A stretch of 62,638 bases of DNA from an uncultured bacterium. Its GTDB lineage: Bacteria; Abyssobacteria; SURF-5. This document shows, piece after piece, positions 1 to 9,549 of the stretch. A model generated the notes under the pieces. The model searched no databases and was not told where the DNA came from. It worked only from the letters and a program-made list of their open reading frames with translations. Where the stretch lies: contig CAZSKP010000002.1 of NCBI GenBank assembly GCA_964607485.1, forward strand, positions 146,620 through 209,257, given 5' to 3'. Both the position numbers and the translations under genes were made by a program. The first letter of the stretch is position 1, and each line of letters begins with the position of its first letter.

Positions 1-142
1 CCAGTTTCACATTCAGTTTCGTTCGATCACGGGCCAACTGCGTTCTCAGGTCCGAATTCTCGACCAGTTTTGCATTCAGTTTCGTTCGATCACGGGCCAA
101 CTGCGTTCTCAGGTCCGAGTTCTCGACCAGTTTCACATTCAG
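1..142. repeat. 63-bp tandem coding repeat (2 near-perfect copies plus a partial third)
   Basis: Units start at 1, 64 and 127 (ccagttt...cattcag) with few mismatches; each encodes 21 aa (3 heptads). Confidence 0.95.
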
Positions 143-370
143 CTCGTTGCGTTCCTTGGCAAGTTCGCCCTGCTTTTCGAATTTTTCCGCCATATCAGCC
201 AAATGAGAATTCTGCTCCCTAAGCAAATCTGTGCCTTCTTCTTCGAGAAGGGTTCCTTTCTCGGCCGATTTCGCGATGGTGCCAAGTACATCCTTTTCTG
301 CCTCCACCGCGCCGAGAAGTTTCTTCAGAATCGCCTGGCCTGCTTTCTTCCCTGCCGATTCAGCGTTCAT
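1..370 (-). CDS. Coiled-coil protein with 21-aa tandem repeats, running off the window edge (missed by the ORF track)
   Basis: ATG at 370 with RBS AAAGGAGGA (378-386). The frame is open to the edge: MNAESAGKKAGQAILKKLLG...ELNV(KLVENSDLRTQLARDRTKLNx)2KL. It starts 31 bp after the upstream stop. Confidence 0.85.
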   Translation of the reverse strand, partial: MNAESAGKKAGQAILKKLLGAVEAEKDVLGTIAKSAEKGTLLEEEGTDLLREQNSHLADMAEKFEKQGELAKERNELNVKLVENSDLRTQLARDRTKLNAKLVENSDLRTQLARDRTKLNVKL

Positions 371-401
371 TCAGTTATCCTCCTTTGTGTCAAGCAGCGG
401 A

Positions 402-3029
402 TTACCCCATCTGCTCGTTTTCCCCTTGTTCCACAATTCCAGCAAGAAAATTGTGAGCGTAGTGGTCAACCGAGGTTTCCGATTTCATCGAAATATCCAA
501 CTGCCGGGAAAATCCCAAGAGCCGTCCAATCATGAGAAGTCTGTCTTCCATCATCGGGAGGCTCAACTTTCCAAGGCGGGCAATTACCAAATCTCCTTTC
601 ACGCTGACGTTGAAATCATGACTCTTGAGCACCTTTGAAAGAAATTCCGCCCTTCTCTTCCGGCGTGTCATCTCCGTAATGCCGCCCACAAACCTGAAGT
701 AGATGTAGTTGGCGCTTCGCTTCTCAGACAAAACGCAATCGACCATCGTGAAATGGTAACCGAACCTGAGGCTCAGGTTGAGGTAGGAATCGGAAATGAT
801 CGCAAGGCTTCGGCTGCCGTATTCCGGCTGTGACAGCGTTGGGTCGGTGGTGTGGCTCACGCCGGAGATGAAATCTCTGAAACTCAACGGGACCGGTTGA
901 GTGCTCCACATGCCCCGCGTAAGGAGACCCTCAAGGACGAGCTTGAGCGGCAAGCAGTTGACTTGTTCGACCGTCACCGCTCCCTTCTGCGTTTCCGCCT
1001 TAAGCCCGCCCCCTACATCAATGAGTATGAGGCCGATGGGCAGCGGGTAGGACAGACGCCTGGCCGAATATTTGCTCTGGCTTTTCCTTAGCAGATTCAT
1101 GTCAATGAGTTCTTTGACAACCATTTCGTGTGAATACCGAATGATGTCGTGGTAGGTCTTACAGGCGGACGCGCGAAAGGCATTCTTGTCGTGGGGGTCC
1201 ACCAGATGCAGAGGAGCGACGTGCTTGAGTATATTGCGCAGCTTGCAGAATTCCGGGCTGCTCAAGAACGAGGGTCCAAGCAAATGTCTCGTCCGGACCA
1301 GGCCCGGGACGATGCCGTCGTAGATGATTCTGTGATTCGCGTCCACGGTCACTTCCATGCCGTGCCGAATCAGCCGGGTGGCCTCCCCCGTGTCGACGAG
1401 CATGGGGACTCTGAACTCGCGCGCAATGGTGGCCATGTGGCCGGTGGGCGTTCCGATGTCGGTCACCACGGCGCTGGCTCGGCTGATGAGGGACGACAGG
1501 CGCGGAGAGGTGGTCCGGGCTACCAGCACGGCTCCCTCCGGAATATCCAGCGCGGTATCACTCGGGAAAATGTGGTACGCCTTGCCCGCGCCAAGGCCTC
1601 GGCATGCAACCACCCCTTTTCCCTCGAGCAGTACCGGGTAGGGCTTTCTTTTCTGCGACACCCCCTCGGCAGGCATCGATTCGCTGAACGTCAAGAGCGG
1701 CCGGGCCTGTACGACGTAAACGGTTCCATCCCTGTCCATGGCCCACTCTATGTCTTGCGATTGGGCAAAATAGGTTTCGATGCGCAGGGCGAGCTCCGCC
1801 AGTTGCGAGAGAGTCGCCGAGGGCAGGCACGGTTTGCCCTGGTCATCGGCCGGAATGTCCACCCGTGCTATTCCCTTCTCCGAGGAAGGCCTGAACGCTT
1901 CACTCTTCAGGCCGACCGACTGCCTCACGGCCACATGCGGCTTATTCCTCGACACGACATAGTAGTCGCTCCTTCCCTCACCTTCTGCAACCATCTGAGC
2001 CAATCCCCACACCGCGCTGATAATCAGGTCGTTGCCTTCGTATGAGGTAGGGTCAACACTGTACGTGATTCCCGAGCAGATAGGGTCGAGCATGGGCATA
2101 ACGAGTACGGCCATGGGCATCTCTGCGTGGATGATATCTTTCTGCTTCCTGTATGAGAGCGCATTGGAGCTGAACAGGCTGGCGATGACCTTCTTGTAAT
2201 GGTTGATGATTTCCGTACGGGGCACATTGAGGAACGAGCTGAATTGGCCCGCAAAGCTCAGTTGGGTGTCCTCGCCGACGGCGCTGCTGCGAATGGCATA
2301 GCGGGGCTCGCTCGTTTTCCACTCCTGGTCCAACTCGTCCAGCGCATCCTCGATTGCGCCCGCGACTTCGGCCGGCACCTCGGCGTCAACGATGACCTGT
2401 TCTATCGCGCGTGCGAGCTCCTTTACGATAGCTTCGCCCTCTCGGCCCAACTGAATCAGGAACTCCCTGATCTTGTCGCGCAGATTGTTGGCGTCCATGA
2501 AGTAGTAGTACGCTTGAGTGGTAACCGCAAAACCCGGAGGCACCAGAATTCTTTGGTGCTTCCGCAACTCGCCGAGCACTGCGGCCTTGCCGCCGGACAG
2601 ATTTGATTTCTGCCGGTCGAGATACCTGAAAGGCACCACGTACTCGCCCTCGGGCATCCAGATTTGGCCCTCGAGTTCGGTGTCTATCCGATGCTTGATC
2701 GCCTCATACATCTGAAACAACTCAAGGTGTTTCCCCTCTCCAACCACGTTCAGATTGTACGCTATCTTGGAAATGAGCGACGAGAGCTCTTCGCACACCA
2801 GATTCAGATAACTCTTGTCAAAAACATATTCGCCGTTCAGCATTTCGCTCATTTCTGCGATGATTTCAAGAACGCGATTGTTATAGTCGAGGAGTTGGTG
2901 GAATTTCTCGAAAGAAAGCCTGAGCGGCGCTTCCCTGACGAGCTGGCCAAACGCTCGACGTCCTGTCCGGTAGCCGAGGAATGGAAGCACCTTGCGGAAT
3001 AGCTTTCGCCTGGTTTGACTCAAACTCAT
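402..3029 (-). CDS. PEP/pyruvate-binding (PEP synthase/PPDK-like ATP-grasp + His-swivel) protein, paralog 1
   Basis: Motifs GGKAAVLGE, AIRSSAVGED, SFAGQF, QDIEWA, QARP and swivel TPTGHMATIAREF; non-canonical C-terminus. Start probably ATG 3029 (ORF track gives 3092). Confidence 0.9.
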   Translation of the reverse strand: MSLSQTRRKLFRKVLPFLGYRTGRRAFGQLVREAPLRLSFEKFHQLLDYNNRVLEIIAEMSEMLNGEYVFDKSYLNLVCEELSSLISKIAYNLNVVGEGKHLELFQMYEAIKHRIDTELEGQIWMPEGEYVVPFRYLDRQKSNLSGGKAAVLGELRKHQRILVPPGFAVTTQAYYYFMDANNLRDKIREFLIQLGREGEAIVKELARAIEQVIVDAEVPAEVAGAIEDALDELDQEWKTSEPRYAIRSSAVGEDTQLSFAGQFSSFLNVPRTEIINHYKKVIASLFSSNALSYRKQKDIIHAEMPMAVLVMPMLDPICSGITYSVDPTSYEGNDLIISAVWGLAQMVAEGEGRSDYYVVSRNKPHVAVRQSVGLKSEAFRPSSEKGIARVDIPADDQGKPCLPSATLSQLAELALRIETYFAQSQDIEWAMDRDGTVYVVQARPLLTFSESMPAEGVSQKRKPYPVLLEGKGVVACRGLGAGKAYHIFPSDTALDIPEGAVLVARTTSPRLSSLISRASAVVTDIGTPTGHMATIAREFRVPMLVDTGEATRLIRHGMEVTVDANHRIIYDGIVPGLVRTRHLLGPSFLSSPEFCKLRNILKHVAPLHLVDPHDKNAFRASACKTYHDIIRYSHEMVVKELIDMNLLRKSQSKYSARRLSYPLPIGLILIDVGGGLKAETQKGAVTVEQVNCLPLKLVLEGLLTRGMWSTQPVPLSFRDFISGVSHTTDPTLSQPEYGSRSLAIISDSYLNLSLRFGYHFTMVDCVLSEKRSANYIYFRFVGGITEMTRRKRRAEFLSKVLKSHDFNVSVKGDLVIARLGKLSLPMMEDRLLMIGRLLGFSRQLDISMKSETSVDHYAHNFLAGIVEQGENEQMG

Positions 3030-3248
3030 TGTTTCTGGCCTTTCTTGAAACTGATCCCGAATTCGACCTCGGTTATCCGCCGATGTCGGCACCTTCGTCC
3101 GTCATCAACACGGTCGAAGAACGATTATTCCCTCAGCACGGCGAAAATGAGCCGGAAAAGCCATGCGAACGAATGCGCATCACGAGGGGAGCCCGGCCGA
3201 AGAGGAGAACTGCGGGACAGTGTCCTCGCAGCGTCTGGTCAGACTTCC

Positions 3249-3929
3249 TCAAGAACAATAGAATTTTACGTTCGGCAACTCCACGGCCGTCAGCACATTT
3301 CCGTATCCGGCCCCGGTATCGATCCCGATTTTGCCCGACGACACATACGGCGACCGCATGGGCGTGTGACCGAAAACGATGGTCTTATTGAATGAGTGAT
3401 CGCTTTCGGTAAAGCTTTTGCGAATCCAGAGCAGGTCGTCAATCTTCTGTTCGCTGAGCGGCACTCCGTCGCGGAGCCCGGCATGAACGAAGATGTATTC
3501 CTCCGTTTCGTAATAGGGCAGGAGTCCGCGAAAGAACTCCAAATGGGGGTGCGGGAGAAAGCTGGGCCTGCCCCATACGCCGACGCCGTTCGTGTAGCTC
3601 TCGATGGTGTCCCATCCGCCGAAGGAACGCCACAGCTTCAGGTCGTAGTCGCTCCCCGAGGAATAGTAGTTGAGCAGGAGCCTCTCGTGATTGCCCATGA
3701 GGAACACGGTCTTTTCTTCGCTCTTCTTCAGGGTGATGAGATATTCTACCACTTCCTTCGAATGCTTTCCCCGGTCGATGTAATCTCCCAGGAATACCAG
3801 CAGGTCCGTTCCCCGATTCCACGGCAACTGCGACATGAGAGACACGAGTTTATCATAGTTCCCATGTATGTCGCCCACCGCGAAAATCTTCCCCTTGTCA
3901 CCATTCTCATTCAGAATCGTGTCATTCAT
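3249..3929 (-). CDS. Calcineurin-like metallophosphoesterase (PPP-type Ser/Thr phosphatase / ApaH-like)
   Basis: Motifs GDIHG, GDYIDRG, GNHE, FVHAG, FGHTP and IDTG. Confidence 0.92.
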   Translation of the reverse strand: MNDTILNENGDKGKIFAVGDIHGNYDKLVSLMSQLPWNRGTDLLVFLGDYIDRGKHSKEVVEYLITLKKSEEKTVFLMGNHERLLLNYYSSGSDYDLKLWRSFGGWDTIESYTNGVGVWGRPSFLPHPHLEFFRGLLPYYETEEYIFVHAGLRDGVPLSEQKIDDLLWIRKSFTESDHSFNKTIVFGHTPMRSPYVSSGKIGIDTGAGYGNVLTAVELPNVKFYCS

Positions 3930-3974
3930 CTTGCACAGGTATTATCTTTTTGACCCGCGCCGCGCCCGCAGTCT

Positions 3975-6593
3975 CTATTCCGGCGGCTCTTGCGTCTCTG
4001 CCTCGGAGTCGAAACTGTAGTTGCCGCACTGGAACGCGCGGACGAACCATTCCACGTCCGCCTCGTCGGCCATCGCCATGTCGAGCAGGCGGGAACATCC
4101 GAGGAGCCTGCCCACCATGTCGAGCTTCTCTTCCATCTCGTCCGCCGGCAGGCCCTTGAGAGTCGCATTCAGCAGGTCTTGCTTGACATTCACGAAGAAC
4201 CCGAGCGATTCCAGGATACGGGCGATGAACCGCACGCGCAGCACCCGCCTGTCGAGCCCCGTGCCGCCTCCCTTGAACCGGAAGTTGATGTAGTTCGACG
4301 CCGGTGTGTGGCCGCACAGTGTGTCCACCATCGCGAAGTGGTAGGCGAGCCGCGAGTTCAGGTTCATGTAGTCGCGCGAGACGAGCGCGTAGGTGCGACT
4401 GCCCAGCGCCCTGCCCGACCGGGCGGCGTCGAGAATGGTGTTGCTCATGACCGAGCTCAGCGCCCTCAGGTTCACCCTCGGCGGAGGGCCGCTCCACCGT
4501 ATTCCCTCATGACTGACTCCCCTCCAGAACGCGAGAAACGGAATGGAGGTGACCTCTTCGACCTTGACCCTGCGCGGATGTCCCGCGACCGAAAAGCCGC
4601 CGCCGAGATTGATGATGTCAACCATGAACGGTATGGGAACATCCAGCCTCGACACGTAGAACTTGTTCTTCGAGTATTCGCCGTCGTTGAGCTCGAACAT
4701 GGCCTGGATTCCCTGTTCATGGCAGAACCTGATGACGTCGTGGACCGATTCGCAGGACGACATGCGAAAGCGCGGCTCTCTTACGTCAATGAGATTCAAT
4801 GGGAAAATCAACCGCCTCAGCTCCTCGATTTTCGGGTGTGCGGGTTCAGCCTCTCCCTTCCTCTCAAACTCCAGCTCCATCTGGGGCGCAATCGCGGATT
4901 TCGCCTCGCCCAGATACACTCGCGCGTCATCGGCGTCGAGCGTGACGACGTCTCCCTCGTGCAGAAGCTCCATCGCGTTGGCGGCTCTCACGAGCATGGG
5001 AATTCGATATTCTCGCGCGACGCAGGCCAGATGTTCGAGCGGATTGCCCCGCTCGAGTATTATGCCCCTGAGCATGCTCGACATCTTGGCGATGCCCAGT
5101 ATGCTGTCTCGCGCGACAAGGATGCTGCCCGGCGTCACCTTGCGGAAATCCTTCTCGCGGCTCACGTGAACGATGGCGCCGGTCGCCAGCCCCTTCGAGG
5201 CGGTCGTTCCCCGTTCGAGGAGCAGCGTCATTCCTTCGAGCCCCTTGCGAGACGGCGCCCCTCCGCCCTCCCAGACGTGAAGCTTTCTGGCCTGAAGGAT
5301 GACGACCCGTCCGTCTTCGGAGACCGCCCACTCTATGTCCTGCGGCAGTCCCATGTATTTCTCGATTTTCAGCCCGTATTCGCACAGCGCCCGCATCTCC
5401 TCGTCGGACAGCGAAAACCGGAGCGAATCCGCCTGCGCCACCGGCATCTCCTTCGTTCCCCCATGCGCCTCGTCGCACACGAGCTTAAGGTCTTTCTTCG
5501 CGAGATGAACGGGCTCGAAATGGTTGGGGTCGAGCCGCGAAATGTGGAAGATGTCCGAGGGAAGCCGGCCGTTGACCAGGTATTCGCCCAATCCCCAGAT
5601 GGAACACAGCACCATCCGTTCGCTCTGAAGGTCGTTGGGGTCGGCGGTGTACAGGGTTCCGGCGGAGCGAGCGGGAATCATCGTCAGGCACAGGACCGCC
5701 ATGTCCGTCTCCTGGAATCCCATCTGCCGGTGCAGCCGGTAAATGAGGCTCATCTCGTTGAAATTGCTGGCGACGACTTCCTTGTATGCCTTGAAGAAAG
5801 CCTCCTTCGTCGTGACGTTCAGCACGGTGCTGAATTGTCCCGCGAACGAATAGCGGCCGTCTTCGGGAATCGCGCTGCTGCGTACCGCGATTCCCGCCCT
5901 CGCTCCCGGCTCCGTCCGGCCCGACAGCGTTTCGTAAGCCCTTTCCATCGCATCCCGCAGCTCTTCCGGCAGGCGCGCGTTCACGATCATCTCGCGGATT
6001 CTCTTCGACACTTCTTCGATCGCGCGAAAATCGTCCGCGGTCAGCTTTCTCAAGGAATCTCTGATGGGGGAAATCAAACCGTTCTTATCGAAGAAAAGTT
6101 GGCAGGCCTCGGTCGTGACGACGAACCCGTCGGGTATCGGCAGGCCGAGTTCGCTCTTCAGGGCTCCGAGCGGCGCAGCCTTGCCTCCCACGACGCTCAC
6201 GAGGTCGGTGTGCGCCTGCTCCAACGGGAGCACCAGCGGAACCTTGCCGCCGGGGTCTATCTCGCGTGCAAGCGCCGTCAGCTTGGATGAAATGCCCCGG
6301 ACGATGGGAAACAGGTCGGTGTAAGCGCCCTCGGAGAGGTAGTTGAGGTTCTGAACGAGGTCGAGGGTGAGGCCGAGGAGGGCGTCCACCTTCGACCTCA
6401 AGCCGGGAAACACCGTGCGGCGGTCCTGAAGATAGATGTCTAACCGGGTTATCTGCTCGAGGAGGTCGTTGTTGCTGATGAGCAGATTCTTGAATGCGTG
6501 GTATCGGAACCGCAGGGCGTCGAGCTGGCGGTCGGCCAGACCGCTCTTCTCTTCGGTTCGTCGTTGTATGTATCGCCGGTACCATTCGAACAT
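3975..6593 (-). CDS. PEP synthase-like protein, paralog 2
   Basis: GGKAAPLG, AVRSSAIPED, SFAGQF, QDIEWA; swivel NPLEHLACVAREY; same C-terminal domain as the paralogs. Confidence 0.9.
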   Translation of the reverse strand: MFEWYRRYIQRRTEEKSGLADRQLDALRFRYHAFKNLLISNNDLLEQITRLDIYLQDRRTVFPGLRSKVDALLGLTLDLVQNLNYLSEGAYTDLFPIVRGISSKLTALAREIDPGGKVPLVLPLEQAHTDLVSVVGGKAAPLGALKSELGLPIPDGFVVTTEACQLFFDKNGLISPIRDSLRKLTADDFRAIEEVSKRIREMIVNARLPEELRDAMERAYETLSGRTEPGARAGIAVRSSAIPEDGRYSFAGQFSTVLNVTTKEAFFKAYKEVVASNFNEMSLIYRLHRQMGFQETDMAVLCLTMIPARSAGTLYTADPNDLQSERMVLCSIWGLGEYLVNGRLPSDIFHISRLDPNHFEPVHLAKKDLKLVCDEAHGGTKEMPVAQADSLRFSLSDEEMRALCEYGLKIEKYMGLPQDIEWAVSEDGRVVILQARKLHVWEGGGAPSRKGLEGMTLLLERGTTASKGLATGAIVHVSREKDFRKVTPGSILVARDSILGIAKMSSMLRGIILERGNPLEHLACVAREYRIPMLVRAANAMELLHEGDVVTLDADDARVYLGEAKSAIAPQMELEFERKGEAEPAHPKIEELRRLIFPLNLIDVREPRFRMSSCESVHDVIRFCHEQGIQAMFELNDGEYSKNKFYVSRLDVPIPFMVDIINLGGGFSVAGHPRRVKVEEVTSIPFLAFWRGVSHEGIRWSGPPPRVNLRALSSVMSNTILDAARSGRALGSRTYALVSRDYMNLNSRLAYHFAMVDTLCGHTPASNYINFRFKGGGTGLDRRVLRVRFIARILESLGFFVNVKQDLLNATLKGLPADEMEEKLDMVGRLLGCSRLLDMAMADEADVEWFVRAFQCGNYSFDSEAETQEPPE

Positions 6594-6713
6594 GGCCCAC
6601 CTGCTCGCTCACCAAAGCTTCTTATGAGGCAATCCACGGGGGAACAGTACGGCCGGGCGTTCAGCAGGGTTGCTCCCGGATGCAACGGGATGTTCACAAA
6701 AGCTCCGGGCCCC

Positions 6714-9317
6714 TCATTCCTCTTCCTGCGAGCGTTCCCCCTCAAGGAAGGAGGCCGCGTAGCGATCGATGCTCTGGTCTGAGGTCATTTCGGTATCCAG
6801 CTGGCGTGTGAATCCGATGAGCCTTCCGAGCATCACGAGCGTTTCTCGCATCTCCCGCTGGCTTCGTTTCTTGAGCCGGGCAACTACGAGATCGTTCTTG
6901 AGCGTAGCCTTGAAGTCGTACTTCTCCAGAATATTCCGAATGAGCAATCCTCTCCGATAGCGCCGCTCTTGCTCAGTCACGCCTCCGACAAAACGGAAAT
7001 AGATGTAGTTGTCGTTGATGTTGTCCGACACGTACGTGTCAATCACATTGAAGTGATAGCCAAGCCGCAGGCTCAAGTTGGCGTAGCGGTCCGAGATGAC
7101 CGCCAGATTCTTCCCCACGTAGCGGGGCTGTGTATCCGTCAGGGAAAACCGGGTGAGGCTCGACATGAAATCGTTGAACCCAAGCGGCTTCGGCTCCGTG
7201 CTCCACGTTCCCGGCGAGGTGAGTCCCTCGAGAATGGCCTTCATGGGAACCGACTTCACCTGTTCGATGGAGTCCACCGTCCGCTGCCCGACGTCGTCCG
7301 ACAGCCCATCGCTTATGTCGATTATGTGAAGGCCGAGGGGAACCGAAAGCTTCAGTTCCCTCGACTTGATGTTGCGGAAGCGCTTTTCCGACGTGTGGAG
7401 GTTGATGAGCTCCCAGATGGCGCGCTCGTGACAGAATCGCAGTATGTCGTGAAACGTCTGGCAGTTTTTCGCGGTGAATTCCCGGCTTGTCGGGTCTATC
7501 AAATTCAGTGGAGCGACCTTGCCGAGGACCCTCTTGAGAATCTTGAACTCGGGGAGGGCGGCAAACTGGTCTCTGCCTTCTATCTGGTATTCGAGAACTT
7601 CCGGGACGATTCCGCCGTACACCTTGTTCTCTTCGGCGTCCACGGTGATGTCCATTCCGTCCTCGAGCACCTCAGTGGCCTTCTCCGTTCCCACGATTGT
7701 CGGAACTCCGAACTCACGCGCAATCGTGGCCATGTGCCCCGTCGGGCTGCCGACGTCGGTGATGATGGCGGATGTCCTGCGGATTATCTTCGTCAATCGA
7801 GGGCTGGTGAAATGAGTCACCGCGATGGCGCCCTGGGGAAAATCGGCCGGGTCGTCGTCCTCCAGCACCTTGACGACCTTGCCGGCGGCCACACCTCTCT
7901 GGACGATCTGTCCCGTATCGGAGAGCAGAACCGGATAGTTGCGAAGAGATTCGGTGAGACTCAGGCTTCTCTTAACCGTTTCTCTCTGCATACTCAGGGG
8001 ACGACTTTGCAGAATAATCAGCCTGCCGCCGGCGTCTATCGCCCACTCGATGTCCTGCGGCCGTCTGAAGTAGCGCTCCAGCGTCATTGCGCTTTCAGTG
8101 AGCGCCAGCACCTGCTCGTCCGAAAGCGCCGCCGCCGCGCCTTCCGTTTCGGGCACCGCTTCTTCCTGCACGTCCTCGCCCGGCGCGGCTACCAACCGGG
8201 TTCGCTTCGCGCCAATCCGGCGTTCGAGTATATTGAAAGGATGAATCCGGGAGACGTAATACTGGTCCACCTCCGCCGTGCCCGACACGGCCGGCTCCCC
8301 TAACCCCAGGAGCGCCGTTATCAACGCCCTGTCCCAGGAGCCCACCAACGGGTCAATGGTGTACGCCACGCCGGAGACTTTCGCCGGAATCATTTCCTGA
8401 CAGGCAACGGCCACGGGCAGATGGTCCTCCTGCAGCACCTCCTCGCCTCCGTAGGCAAGCACTGATTCCGAGAACCGGCTGGCCAGCACTTTCTTGTATG
8501 CAGCAGGAACGTCCTCGCCGCCCTGGTTGAGCAGCGTTCGGAATTGGCCGGCGAAGCTCCTGAGCTCGCTGTCCTCGCCCCAGGCGCTGCTCCTGACCGC
8601 GAGCCGAGCTTTTCCGCCCACACGCTTGGAAAGGGCGCCGACTGCCTGGCCGATTTCTCTCTCCAGCCTGGAGGGCACCGCAGCTCTGTCAAAAAGTTCC
8701 TCGATCTTCTTGCCTCGGTCGGCTGCGGATAGCCGGCCGGCTCGCTCCTGCTCGAGACACTCCTTGATTCTCGGCCACAACCGGTTGGATTCCATGAACA
8801 GCCGGTATGCCGCGGTGGTTATCACGAACCCGTCCGGCGTGCTCATGCCGAGATGGTTCCGCACCTCCCCCAGCCGCGCGCTCTTGCTGCCCACCAGCTC
8901 TTCGAGGTCGCTGCTGACTTCGTCGAGCGGAACTACCAGCCGGTCGGACGCGAGAGCTCTCTTGCCCTCGATTATTTCGGACAGCTCAAATTGGATGGCT
9001 TCGTAACGGGAGAACAGCTCCGGATATGCGTTGTTCGACAGGATATTGAGCGCGTAGATGATCCTATAGACCGTCTCCGACATCGTCTCGCAACTCGAAC
9101 GGATGTAGTTGATGTCGAAGACGTATTCCCCGCTGAGCTTGTCTTCCATCTGGCCGAGGATTTCCAGGACCGTGTTGTTCCCCTGGAGAATCTGCTGGAA
9201 TTTCGAGAAGAGCGTCGAAAAATCGGGCTGGTACTCGGGCGCCGGTCGCTGAAAAAGCGCCTTTATTTTCCGCAGAAACACGGGAATAGTCCCTTCTTCA
9301 CGCCGACCCGGGGTCAT
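6714..9317 (-). CDS. PEP synthase-like protein, paralog 3
   Basis: GSKSARLGE, AVRSSAWGED, SFAGQF, QDIEWA and swivel SPTGHMATIAREF. An alternative GTG start lies at 9281. Confidence 0.9.
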   Translation of the reverse strand: MTPGRREEGTIPVFLRKIKALFQRPAPEYQPDFSTLFSKFQQILQGNNTVLEILGQMEDKLSGEYVFDINYIRSSCETMSETVYRIIYALNILSNNAYPELFSRYEAIQFELSEIIEGKRALASDRLVVPLDEVSSDLEELVGSKSARLGEVRNHLGMSTPDGFVITTAAYRLFMESNRLWPRIKECLEQERAGRLSAADRGKKIEELFDRAAVPSRLEREIGQAVGALSKRVGGKARLAVRSSAWGEDSELRSFAGQFRTLLNQGGEDVPAAYKKVLASRFSESVLAYGGEEVLQEDHLPVAVACQEMIPAKVSGVAYTIDPLVGSWDRALITALLGLGEPAVSGTAEVDQYYVSRIHPFNILERRIGAKRTRLVAAPGEDVQEEAVPETEGAAAALSDEQVLALTESAMTLERYFRRPQDIEWAIDAGGRLIILQSRPLSMQRETVKRSLSLTESLRNYPVLLSDTGQIVQRGVAAGKVVKVLEDDDPADFPQGAIAVTHFTSPRLTKIIRRTSAIITDVGSPTGHMATIAREFGVPTIVGTEKATEVLEDGMDITVDAEENKVYGGIVPEVLEYQIEGRDQFAALPEFKILKRVLGKVAPLNLIDPTSREFTAKNCQTFHDILRFCHERAIWELINLHTSEKRFRNIKSRELKLSVPLGLHIIDISDGLSDDVGQRTVDSIEQVKSVPMKAILEGLTSPGTWSTEPKPLGFNDFMSSLTRFSLTDTQPRYVGKNLAVISDRYANLSLRLGYHFNVIDTYVSDNINDNYIYFRFVGGVTEQERRYRRGLLIRNILEKYDFKATLKNDLVVARLKKRSQREMRETLVMLGRLIGFTRQLDTEMTSDQSIDRYAASFLEGERSQEEE

Positions 9318-9357
9318 AGTAATGGAATCAGCATGAACAACTTATGCCTCCATTAAA

Positions 9358-9386
9358 ATTGTACTTTCCTCCTTTCCCTTTGTCAA
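9358..9386 (-). promoter_or_regulatory. sigma70 promoter of the PEP-synthase-like operon
   Basis: TTGACA-17 bp-TACAAT on the minus strand just upstream of paralog 3. Confidence 0.75.
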
Positions 9387-9549
9387 GAAATGCAACGTCA
9401 TATCGCATTGGAGCGTCCCACGTTTCTGCTGGGAAAGAACGGGCGAATGTGATATTGTAATACCCGCCTCGAGAGGAAGTATCTTATATTCAAGATTGCG
9501 GTGCAGCCTCGCATCGCCGACGAACACCCGAACCGAAGGAGAACGACCC

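Noticed and set aside
1-142. 63-bp repeats as a CRISPR array
   Set aside because: The units are contiguous with no unique spacers, and they translate as an in-frame coiled-coil repeat.
3990-6290. 766-aa plus-strand ORF and the many similar long antisense or alternate-frame ORFs
   Set aside because: These are shadows of real genes in GC-rich DNA, with no motifs and full overlap with well-supported CDSs.
402-9317. Calling the three large genes ppsA
   Set aside because: The C-terminal PEP/pyruvate-binding barrel motifs are absent, so the gene symbol is withheld.
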